Shown here: positions 12,363 to 24,000 of the stretch, piece after piece
Layout: every line of letters begins with the position of its first letter
Numbering within the stretch: position 1 is the stretch's first letter
Assembly (NCBI GenBank): GCA_015680685.1
Contig: MNCI01002498.1
Span: 62,001 to 126,000, forward strand
DNA: 64,000 bases
Direction of reading: 5' to 3'
From: Gnetum montanum
Lineage: Eukaryota; Plantae; Gnetophyta
Position numbers and translations under genes: made by a program
The notes under the pieces: generated by a model
The model's input: only the letters and a program-made list of their open reading frames with translations
Databases searched by the model: none
What the model was told of the DNA's origin: nothing

Positions 12363-15224
12363 ATGGCACCAAAATTGAAACACTCGTAGAAAGGAAAACC
12401 CTCTCAACCAAGGGAGAAGTAGCCTAGAGCTAGAAGGGGCCAACAAGAATAACCCTAAGAACAACTGAAGGTAACCTATGTAATGGGACCTCTTCATGAG
12501 GAGCCTGAAGTGGAATCTATTTGATAGATTCCAGAAGAAGAAGTGTCCACTGAGCAATCATAGTAAGGAGAAGTTCCTAGACCCATACCAAGCCTTGAAG
12601 TCACTTTGACTCAAGCCTACCTTGACATCATTAGGTCCCAAGAGATTCAATGAATGGTTCTTCAAGAAATGAACTTCAGGCCATTCCTAGAAAAAGCTCC
12701 AGTAGAAGTCAAAACACAACTGCAAGTCTCTCCCATGTGGCCAATCATCACATCTAGTGGGAAATGGTACATGGAACATACATATCTCTTCTAGAATAAT
12801 TAAAGGCTAAGGTCCACAATCAAGATCAAGGTTGTTTAAGTATCCTAATCAATTGAAGCTATTGCATAGGCACCAGGGTTGCCTGACATTGGGACATAGT
12901 TGGTGAACCTATTAACGAAAGGTGATCCTAAGGCCAAGAAGGAGTGGACTCAGCAATGCTACAAGGTTAACCATAAGGAGTATGGTGCACTCACACCAAC
13001 ATAGCATATGTATTTCAAAATTGTGGTCTATCACCTCAATCCAATGGTGAGGCCCAGCAAGGTGACCACCTTCTCCACCTAAGCATGCACTGCTCCAAGC
13101 AGGAAATTTTCTGTGAATCTTCGACAACTCATCTACCTGGAAATAGAGAAGCATTTCAAGGGAAAAAAAAGTGGAAGGAAAACCATGCCCTTTTCGTGCC
13201 CCATATGAAAACTTTGTAAAAGGGAAAGAATCATCCACTCTTTAAATGACACAATTATACATGCTCCTTTGGCCTCATGGTTCGAGATTATGAAAAAAAA
13301 AGATGCCAACAACAACTCAAGAAGAGGAGTAGCCATCACCACCACTACGTACTCAAGAAACAATGTTGGAGCCCCATGTAACCATTGAGTACTTGCACAA
13401 AATCTAAGAGTAGCTCTTCAGCGAGAAAGAGCAACAAACAGAGATGAGTGGTGTGGATCCATTTGTATACTAACCAACAATGAGTCACCTTAATGAGTTG
13501 GCTTAAACAATTAGTCAAATGGAGAGGGGTGGGCTAAAATTCTCTACTAAACAAACATAATTGTTCACAAGGTTAGATCCCAATGCTTGAGAGGTGATGG
13601 TGCCCTTATCACAACACCATTTATTCCTAGAAATCTATAGAAATGCCATCACCTTCTTGATGTGGTTGGAGAAAGGTGAAGGGGTAATTATCTTGATAAT
13701 GCAACACCAAGGGTAGGAGACAATAGCTGAAGTGGTCACTAATTTTGTAGCTAAAGCACTTAATGCACCTGCGGCGTCTATACCAAACATATTTACCCTT
13801 CAAGATCTGTAGATGTCCATGAGCATGGTCAGTGGGAAACTAAATGTAGCCCAACATGAAGAATTGTTGGATCGATTGGTGGGGATTAGGTAATCGATTC
13901 TGCACATCTTTGATTTTCTAGAAAACATCATTGAAACCTAGTCAAAGTTACTAGACATAAGGGGCAAGTGCATCATTTTGGAAAAGTAACTCAAAATAGC
14001 TCAATTACAAAATCAATGCTTGGTCATGGAGGTTTCCAAATTACATGCCCACCTTATTGATCCTACAATTCTTAGCTCAACAACAACCAATATGAAGCCT
14101 TCCAATAGCTTCAAGAATAATTTCAAAAGGCTAAGGAGGAGTAAGTAATGTCCATCTTTAACCAGTCCCTAGCAGAGGCAAAGATATATTCAATTTAGAA
14201 GGACTTGACTCAGATGTTCTAGGAGAATAAGACCTTGACCACCCAAAATCATCACATGAATAATGTTGATGCCTAGAAGGAATAAATGCAAGAATTTATT
14301 CATCAATAGTAGGAGTAGCTAGCCAACGTGAATACTTAATTGAGGAGATTGACTATAGAGAATTAGAATCTATTAATGCAGGAAGTTCATACCTTACACT
14401 AGAAGTCTTCTATCAAAATTTCTACCTAGAAGAATGAAGCCTTGAATTTTGAAAACATTAAAGATCACTATAGAGACTAGGTTGGCCCATAGAAGGAAGT
14501 CAACAAGAAACACATCCAAATGATGAAGGCAAAAATAAATGAAGCCCTCTAGCAACTCCAACAAGGAAGAGAAGTTTGGAAGCCCATCATTGATGGGATT
14601 GATGCCTATAATAAAGTGGATATCTACTTAAAGGTGTTGTAGATAGAAGAAATGATAGAGTACATGGAGTTGGTCAATCTTTATCACATGAACCTAGCTA
14701 TGCTAATAGCTAGATGACCATAGTCAAAGTTAGAGAAAAAAGTTGCTAACTCATATTTATTATATGAGCTAAAGTTCAAGCACCATAAAGACACCAAGTA
14801 GAAGCTTGAGACTGCAAATGTTGAACTCGAAGTTCTTAGAGCATGCTTCATAGATCAATGATCAACTACTAAGAACCTAGGCAAAAGGATGAGTGACTAC
14901 CAGGGGCTAAAGAATATAGTTAGAGAATTTGACATTGAACGCAAATGATTTGCTATCTAGTTCATCAATATGAAGGAGTTGTTTCTAGCAATATCATGTC
15001 CTAGGGATGTGCCCATTCCAACCCACATCAGTGAATTTGTGTGGACGGTGCATAATCCCAAAAGTAAGGAGGAGAAAATGAAAGCACTATTGGATGCTTT
15101 CCACCTCCTACTAGAAGTTGTAGCAACAGTAGGATAGTTGCAGCCACCTCCTCTGCCACACGTATGTGAAGCTAGAGAAGGTCCCTCAAAACCTTAGGAG
15201 CCACCACCACCTAGGACTATCTGA
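12363..15224 (+). pseudogene. Long accessory (env-like position) ORF of the Athila-like element, ~950 codons, decayed, with coiled-coil C-terminal half
   Basis: ATG at 12363 (MAPKLK..) after a pyrimidine-rich spacer. Continuous coding-like composition, with stops mostly explicable as CAA/CAG/CGA>stop. Motif EAIA*APGLPDIG near 12855-12895. E/K/Q/L-rich from about 13.8 kb; ends ..EPPPPRTI* at 15224. Confidence 0.6.
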
Positions 15225-15467
15225 TCTTTTCCATCAAACTTCATGCCATCAAGGAATGTGCTATCCAATTTTGAAGAGTCATGTCATGATGTTCAATTTT
15301 GTGTCCTGAACACCATCACTTTTGTAATGTGTTGATCCATACACCGAGGCACTCCATTTTTTGTCAAGTTAATCTATTTTTGTTTGTGAAAGGTTAATCA
15401 ATAATTTCATACCTTTCCAATTTGTGTAAAGAACTCAATGACAGGTTTTTATTCAGTCATGGTGGTA

Positions 15468-16389
15468 TGATGAGTTGTAGTTTTGTTGGCTATGTTGACG
15501 AGGCCTTGTTGATGCAGCCTCATTAATTGGGCCTCATTAATGCATCATATTATATGTCAATGAGGCCCTATCGACATAGTGTCTATATTTGGCTATAAAT
15601 ATGTGCCCACCAACTACATTTATGGCAACCAAGATTTAGTAGTAGCGAAGCTCTTGCAGTTTTTTCATTTGAGAGTTAGAATTTTTCTCCTAAGTGGCCG
15701 CATTAGGAGTCATTGACTATACAGATCTTTATTCGAGCATTTTTGTACCTAAGCACAACAATGTGTGTGGCAATAAAGATAAGATTTTTGATAAAAATTG
15801 TAGTATTTTTGATAGATTAAATATTCCATTTGTACATTTAATGTTTTCAATTATTTATTAAATGTTTTTCATTATTTATTAAATGTTTTCTATTAATTCA
15901 GTTAATGAAGCAATTAAGCAAGATAGATTAAACACATAAGTACAACCGCTTCAAGCATAACACATATTCACTTGGTAATCCTAGCAGTGTTATTGCTTGA
16001 TACACCCAGTAGCGTAGTGCTTGGTAACCTAGCAATGGTTATGTAGGTTCAGGACATGTACGAAAAGTGGGACTAGATGCTTATGTTAGGACTAGTTAGA
16101 TACTAGCTAATTAGTTAATTTAAATTAGTTAATCCAATCACTCTTATTTTCCTTTGAACACCAAATCATAAAATATAAAATTACAAAAATCAAATGCCTC
16201 AATTACACTTAACCATACCAATGTATGTCACAAGTGTAACTAGGAAGACAATGATTGACCTTAAGGTAAAGATTCACTTCCTAGAAGACTAGTTCACCGA
16301 AAACTACAAAGTTCATGGAATTCAATTGGATTGTGCATGAATGCTTGTCATTCGTATGGTTGGATGTAGTGATACCTCACTACTCATCA
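15468..16389 (+). repeat. 3' LTR of the Athila-like element
   Basis: Aligns with 7458-8313 with many transitions and two short indels (near 15860 and 16100-16140). Confidence 0.9.
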
Positions 16390-16394
16390 ATAGG

Positions 16395-17200
16395 AATAGT
16401 ATTCTAAAATTTAAAGAGGATATAATGGTGATTTACAACATGACCACTATTATGCAGAATCACAAACTTACAACTTCACATGAAGAACTACCTTCATATA
16501 TGCTTCATCCTACTATGCATCATACTTAACAACCTCATAATCTACTTCCTTTAGTACCATCACTATTCATATAAGGAGCACTACCAACTCAACCACAACA
16601 ATAGAATGAAATAAGGATCATCAATACATAAGTAGAGGATAATACCAGTAGATATGAATCCAAATTAAAAAACATTCTTTCTTCAAAGGAAGTCTAAAAT
16701 GTGTTGGGAGGACTATAATTTCATCTAACCTAGTAAAAAGAGACATAGATGTAACTATAGCTTCAATATTTACTATAATAAGTCCTTCTTCAAAGACATG
16801 CTTTAACCATGGAAAAATTAAAACCTTACCACTTTCAAGCTTAGATAGTGAGTTATTGAATCAAGAGTGGTGTACTTTCCAAGAAAATAATAATTCTTGA
16901 AAGTCCCTTAATCTACCTACAAATGGTAGGGAATACATCATGTAAAGCTCTTTTAGATTTAGTTTTAGGAGCAAATCTTATCTCTCAAGACATGAATAAA
17001 GTCTGAAACTTGCTATCATTGAAGAAATGTAATATCATATTAGAGCTTTTAGATAAATCTATCATAGATAGGTAGAGGATGTTGTGATCACTATAAATGG
17101 ATGATCAAACCCTAAAAATTTCTTGGTAATTTACATTGGGAAAAATAAGGGAGAGTTTCCAATTATCATGAAAAAGGCATGACTATTAGAGTTTTGGTCT
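16395..17200 (+). pseudogene. Older Gypsy (Tat-like) gag-protease remnant interrupted by the Athila-like insertion; continues from ~7330-7457
   Basis: Removing the insertion joins ..YH..HNALK..NLLNR|NSILKF.., resembling the Tat knuckle-adjacent LK..Q.L+..G.L.F. Protease-like KALLDLVLGANLI near 16945-16985. Confidence 0.45.
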
Positions 17201-18520
17201 TACATCTCTAGAATAAATCTAATTATATCAAGACTCTTTAGGTTATGTGAAAACTTAATACATAATTTGTTGATTAAGTAATTCATTAATATATATCTTT
17301 CGTAATAGTATCATCAACATTGCATAGTCATTCTTGATATCCTTAATCTTGTTATGAATCCCTTCATAATATTTTCTTCTTCTTTTCTTTCTTCTTGTTT
17401 ACATTCTTATGATGCCTACCTTTGCTTATTACTCAATCAAATCTAGTGGAAATTTTCTTGGCTAGTCAGTCTTACATGGATTAGGCCTTTTTAAGTTTCT
17501 TAGAGATTCATAGCCTGAATGGTTATAAAGTAGTACCTCAAGCATAGAATGTTCCTTCTTCATAGTATTTTTTCTACTTCCCATTGTAATCTTCTGAATG
17601 ATTTTTTTTTGTCTTAAGGAAAATGCATTAGATTAGAAATGGTTCACCTTGGATCTTCTTGTTCTTTTTAGGAAACTAGATCTTCTTCTTACAAATTATT
17701 TGATAATCTTTTGCCTTCTTGGATTTTCATTATGAGTCTATGGATCATAATGACTATCTTATTTAATTACAATTATTAGTATTAATTGCTTTTGTTACTT
17801 TGGATATGTTTTTTCAAATTCTTATGGTTATGATTGTAATTGTCTTCTATGAAATGCTTCATCCAATATCTTCTCTTTTGATTCATCATTACTTGGCCAT
17901 ACTGTCTTTCTTTTATTCTTTTTGTTATTGCTCCTTACAAATTGTTCTTCTCTTTACTTCCTTTACTTCGTAACTTAATTCTTAGTTGTTGTGTTCTATA
18001 GGTAAGGTCATAATAGTTTGCATATAAATCAAGCCCTTTTGTTGTAACTTATTTAGAAGTAGTCATGAAGAACCTTGGATCTTTATGAAATTGATGATTG
18101 TACATCGTGTTATGATTATATTCTAACACTTTTTTTCACATATTAGTTTTTTAATATAATTTGTTATTTTTTACAAGTTGATGAGTGTTATTAGTAATTT
18201 ATGAATTATACAATAGTTTATGATGGTTAGTTACCAAGCATTATATATTTGTAAGAATTGATGAAATTACTGCCCTTCACTTACAAGTTTGTAGGAATAA
18301 CAAACATGTAGCACAAAGTGAACATAAGGAATTATTGCTTTTCATTAGCTTCAAAATGAAAAAAAAATACATTGTGGAGTGGAAATTTGTGGGATGGACA
18401 AAGTGGACTCCATTTTTATGATGAGAAACAATTCATAGAAAACCAAGAATTCATTATTTGTATATGGGACATCAAAAATAGGGATGGAACATGTTCACTC
18501 CCCAGTTTAATCACCTTGAA

Positions 18521-19595
18521 TGTACTAAATCTAGATATTATGCAAAGATAAATTTATTTGTTAGAAAAATAAGAAAACTAGCAATCTACAATTAAATTAT
18601 TTAAAGATTACAATAGGATTCACACAATCCACAAGCATCCATAAACCTATCACACTCAAACAATATTGCAGAGCGTGAGTCTCTACAATCACACAATGGT
18701 TGTTCTCAATGCAAGACATAACCAAGAGAAATCTCTCCCACAACCTAGGACTAAGATCTCAACTCAAAAGTGAGATAAAAGAGAATAGAACACATAGATT
18801 AATACACCACAAGCTGATCTTGGAGCTGGAATCACCTATAACACTCACCCAATATGCTCACCCAATCTCTGCTACCTAGTTCTCCTTGCATACTAGCTCT
18901 CTCTCCTCTCTCATGGATGAAGGCATACATCATTATAAAGATCCAAAGCCCTAGGAAACTTTCTATTTACCTCCCTAGATATTTTCCACATGGATTTAGA
19001 GTCTTTTGGATGTTTTCCAATCGAAACACCACATTGAAGCTTTTCTTCTTCTCCAACATAGACATGTCTTACTTAATGTAGACATCTCCTGCAAGAGCTT
19101 TGTTCTTAGGAGAGATGTCTACTATTTTTGGATGACATCTTCTTTGGATTGAAGACATCTTCAATTTAGGGAAGATGTCTATCTATCTAGGGATATGTCT
19201 TCTGTGAAAGGCCTACTCTTGAAAGAGATGTCTACAATTTTTGGAAGACGTCTTCTCTGGGCTAGAGACATCTTCACTTTAGGAAAGACACCTTTCTTTC
19301 CAAGAAGGCATCTCTTCTAAAGGTGCCAAAAATAATAAAAGTGCTCATTTTAATATTTTAAACCTTTGGATGCCTCCCAAAAAGTTTCCATAAACCCTGG
19401 AACCTCCTAAACTTATCAAAATAAGCCAAAAACACCTCCAAACATGTCAAAACATCCAAGAATATTCATCATAGAAATCAACATAAAAACACACACAAAA
19501 GTGGAACACATGTATCCAAATCTTCTCCAAGTATGAAAACCTACAAAAAAAACTTTTAGGATAAGCACAAGGGAATTGAAATAGGTGTTCCTACA
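18521..19595 (-). repeat. 3' LTR of a CRM-like chromovirus
   Basis: The minus strand starts TGTAGG directly after the purine tract gaagggtggaagagctag (19596-19613) that follows the integrase stop. It plausibly ends ..GTACA at 18521. Array of AGAYRTCT motifs at 19070-19320. Confidence 0.7.
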
Positions 19596-19611
19596 CTAGC
19601 TCTTCCACCCT

Positions 19612-20240
19612 TCAAAAAGTGAACTCATGTGAACAATGGAGTAGGGGTAGAAGTGATCCCCCACTCAACAAGTTTGGTTCATGGACCCATACAACATCAT
19701 CAGTAGATTGATTCTTCCAATGAATTAAATATTCATTCCTTTTGACTCCCCAAGTGATAAAAACTTCCCTCAACTTGAGTACAATTGTCTTCTTCTCCAT
19801 TGAAGGCTTGGAATGATCAATAGCCCCCTTCAACTCATCAATGCTCTCCTATATGGTCTCTTCATCAGCTAGTCCATGATAGTACACAATATTTGGAACA
19901 TTAACACAAAATACATACCAACATCATTTGGTAAATTAATCTCAAAAGCATTGTTATTAATTTTAGGTTTGATTTTGAAAGGTCCCATCTTCTTAACTTT
20001 CAATTTGGAGAAGTTAACACCTCTCAACTGCTTCTTCTTCAAGTGCATCCAAAACAAGTCACCAACAACAACACTAGACTTTCACTCACTCTCATTCCTC
20101 TTAAGGACTCTCTTCAACCTTCTTGTTAAGATTTGATTTTACTTGTGAATGGAGATCCCTCATCTCTTACACAAAATCAATACTAAGTTGAACTTCACCA
20201 TCAAAGAACTTCAAAATGTCCACCATTGTTGAACCTCATT
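19612..20240 (-). pseudogene. Integrase C-terminus (GPY/F module) plus chromodomain of a CRM-like Gypsy element, 5'-truncated
   Basis: Track ORFs: FWMHLKKKQL..SKLKVKKMGPFKI..KINNNAFEINLP (CRM pattern VWLHLRKERFP..SKL.PR..GPF..KINDNAY..DLP) and EYLIHWKNQSTDDVVWVHE (chromodomain EYLVKWKG...ATWEP). Confidence 0.85.
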
Positions 20241-20243
20241 ATG

Positions 20244-20449
20244 TTTGATAGGCTAGAGATTTTTTATTCTTTGAATTTAAGGCACCTGTATCCTTATGTG
20301 GAAGAATGCATTGGACTAATACCGAGCTACTCAACTAAGAAAGCTATCTTTGTAGTGCATGTGGATTGGAAGCAAGTTATCATTACCTAGATCCTAGCTA
20401 CATTAAGGTATTGGTTAGGTTTACCAAAGTGAGAAATAAATATTGATAG
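20244..20449 (+). repeat. ~205 bp inverted copy of 43826-44029
   Basis: Manual alignment to the reverse complement gives about 12 mismatches in ~205 bp. Confidence 0.95.
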
Positions 20450-20899
20450 GTTCAAGTGACATATGAGTTTTATGGTCTTTTAATATAGTAATGGTGGTTT
20501 CTTGCTATTTTTGATTTTTCTACAATTATTTAAGATATTGTCATTTTTACAAATTTAGAGTAGTTAAGGGATTAATTTAAAATTCTAAAAATGTCATAAG
20601 CTTCATCATAGGAATTCTATGTGTTTATTATTTTTATTTATTTTTTGAATTTATTTCCCAATTTATTGGTGTGTTTTAAAATTTTTTCTACTTTTTGTAA
20701 TTAAGTGTAGAATACATATTTATTTGTTAGTTTTAGGGTAGAAGAGTAACTATTTTGTCAAATTGAAAATGTCTTAGGGCTTTTTATGTGAGATTTATAT
20801 TTCCATAATTTTTGTTTGTTTTTATATTTATTATTAATTTTTCATGGGTCTATGTATATGACTAAAGTAGAAGTTTTTTGGCATGTTAAAGAGGATCCA

Positions 20900-23800
20900 T
20901 TACTAAGTGAGATGCCATTTGAAAAGTCTTCTCCTTTTCAATGTCTTTGCTAAGTCCCATTGTTACTTATCACTAGAGGATATGGTTGATATCTAGAATT
21001 TTTCATTCTCACATAACTACTTTTATCTTAATCTAAGAATTTGATAACTATTGGTATTGTGGTTATTCTTGAGGCGGTAGGACTAGAGGGTAATGAACCA
21101 CTAGGCCGTTAAGAGCCCTAAAGATAAATTTATATAGTCTTCTCTATTGATTGCAGCAATGGGATCTATGTTTGATTGGCCCTAACTTAAATTATGAAGG
21201 GAGGTTAGGATTTGTTATCCTATCCTTTGGGAAGAAGGTCTTCTTCAAAATGATCATGATTTTAGGATAGCTGCATGTAGTTGGACTATGATTACTAGTT
21301 AAAAGTGATAATGAAAACCAAAATGTAATAGGACTATGGACAAGTAGATAAGTAGATTTATGAAAGTTCTCATGTTAGCTAATTCATATGATATATAGAG
21401 TACAATGGCATTAGCCTTCAAAATCCTTGACTATTGGTGATGGTGGTGGATAAAATTTTCATACTTAATGAATTTTGTGAATGTCATATTGACACTTATT
21501 GCATATTGTGGAAGACATCTTGTTCTTTTTAGATGGTTTAGTTCTTGTTATCATTTGTCCATAATCCCCCAACTTATTCTCTTTTAGTCAATAGTTTGTA
21601 GTTATCTATCTTAATGGAATTTCTTTTAATCTTTTCCTACTCAATTGTGTTTGAACTGAAATCTTCTTGTATTCTTTATAGATATTCTAGACGTTCCTAG
21701 TAGCTTGTATGAAGCTTAAAGAGATTAAAGTGTTAACTATTTAGGATGTAAGCTTATAGACCATTTAGCAATTCTTTTGTGAGCTACTGGTACAAGTTTA
21801 TAAGAAGAATTAGAAATATATTTTATTTACTATCATGTCTTAGACTTATGCCTTTTCAGTTGATGATGAATTTTAATGTGGATAGAATATTAATGGTTAT
21901 TTAAATGTCTATCTTTATTTGAATTTGAATGCTATTTTAGTCATAATTATGGTTTTTGAATAATCTACCTACCGTGACCATATCACTACTTTAATTTACT
22001 TGCATATCTCATGTTCATTTTTCTTTCTAAGTTTTGTGGTGTTATAGATGCATTCCACTTTTATATTCTTTTTTCCTTTTAACTTTTTATTGTTTGGTTT
22101 TCAAGCATGCAATTTCATCATGGTAAATCTAGCGAAGAAACTCTATGAAAAGTAGCTACAAAGGATCATCAAGCTAGACACAAAGTTGGATAACTTTATC
22201 CTACATTCTCTATACATCAAATTGTGCTTGATATAGTTGGACTTTAGAAAGTACTAACTTTTGCTTTACTATGATATATTCATACTACATGATGGTCACA
22301 TTATTAAGAGTGTTAAATAGTGTTTCCACTATTATCCTAATTTTCAATAGTTTATATAATGTTTGTGCTTGCTATAGTTGGGCTTTAGAAAGTACTAACT
22401 TTTGCTTGACTATGATATATTCATACTATAGGATGGTGACATTATTAAGAATGTTAAATAGTGTTTCCACTATTATCCTAATTTTCAATAGTTTATATAA
22501 TGTTTCATCATGCCGTGCTACAATCATATCTCTAGAAATTCTAGTGTCTATTCTTATGGATACTTCAATGTTTTATTCAACACTAAAATGAAGAGAAGAT
22601 GCCACAAAAACATTCAGTGTCTTATCTATGTGATTAGAAATCAATTTAGATGCCAACTCTTGCCATTAATATGGTAACATAATATTCATGGCTCCATCAC
22701 TTTACTATTGTGTTACATGAAAAGATACAAAAAAATTTCATATTTTAGGATACTATTCTATGGGTAAGGTAAGCACAACATCCCTTGTCATAAGGATAAC
22801 TATAGTAAGGAACTCATTCTACAATTTGAAGAAGAGATTGATTAAGTCATACTACCTCCAACTAATAGCTCAAAAGACCTTCTAAAGATGAATCATTGTA
22901 GGTTGGTATCTTTGAGAGTGCTTACAATACTAGTCTCTGTAATGCTTAGGCATACATGTAGTTCTTGATTTTGGGTTTGTAGCTATTGGTTATGAAGTTA
23001 CTATTGTTGCTAAGATGCTTATTATCACTACTTCTATGTTTGTTGATGATGACTTCTAAACATTCTTAAATAGACTAGTCTTTCTGATTTTACTTGATGA
23101 TGTTGTTAGTACCTTATGCATGATGTTATTTATGTACCACGTGATTCCTCTTCTCTTGTAGATTTTTTAGATGAGGCATGGAAAGGAAGGGTTTTCCTAT
23201 TAGACTTATTTCCTCAAACTTATGTGTGATATCCAAAAAAAAAAGATAAATTATGTTAGTAGGAAACTATCCAATTAGGATTACAAAGGAAAAATCCAAA
23301 AAGATTTGATCTTATTTAGGTGCATCATCAAAATGATGTGGTACATGATATTTTTGAAGGAAACCTTCTTAATAATAATTAAGAAATTATACATCTTGTC
23401 ATTAACACCATATGTATGTTGGATTTATTTGGTCTTTCTGTTAGAGCCCAATTTGGTGGATACCTCGACAACTCTTTCCATATTTGGGATGCCATACACT
23501 ACATCAATTATCTTGATTGAATAGGATATGGTAATATATCTTATCTTCATCATAGCATTAAGTTGTCTATTATTCTAAAATAGATGGGTTTCTCCCAATT
23601 TCCATTCCCCATTAGTGAACAATTTTTGTTAAAGTAGAGAGTCTTGTATTTGTGCTTTCATCTTCAATGAAGAAACCTCTAATGAAGAGATGAGGCTATG
23701 CTTAAGAATCATGTTGCCTAATATGTTATTATCTTGGATTAATGTCATGCATTTTTTAGTAAGAGTGACTTTTAACTCATCATATATTACCTTCCTTGTA

Positions 23801-24000
23801 CTAACTGGACTCTTTGTACTAACTAGACTTTTAGTTCTCCAATCATTGGTTTTCCAATTTTAAATTGTTATTATTGTGGCTCTCGATCATGTCCTTGATC
23901 ATCATAAGTAACTCTTAGTCTTATTTTCCTTCCTCATGATATTACAAGTATGAAATATAAGGAAAATTTATGAGGCAAACCTTGGTAGCAAAATTCATTT
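20900..24000 (-). mobile_element. Highly decayed Gypsy-like gag/protease region, family uncertain
   Basis: Coding-like minus-strand composition and a possible decayed Athila-type PBS near 23975-23995; no clean motif recovered. Confidence 0.25.
22222..22503. repeat. 141 bp tandem duplication (2 diverged copies)
   Basis: ttgtgcttg.tatagttgg.ctttagaaagtactaac... begins at 22222 and 22363; also visible as the repeated peptide in track ORF 22271..22591. Confidence 0.95.

Larger units (their letters stand above)
7458..16389 (+). mobile_element. Full-length non-autonomous Ty3/Gypsy Athila-like LTR retrotransposon (gag + accessory ORF, no recognisable RT/RH/INT)
   Basis: Two homologous LTRs with TGATGA...TCATCA termini, a perfect 5-bp TSD ATAGG (7453-7457 and 16390-16394), an Athila-type PBS and an Athila-type gag. 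Confidence 0.9.

Noticed and set aside
22271-22591. 106 aa ORF with an internal peptide repeat
   Set aside because: A by-product of the 141 bp tandem duplication in decayed transposon DNA; no support as a gene
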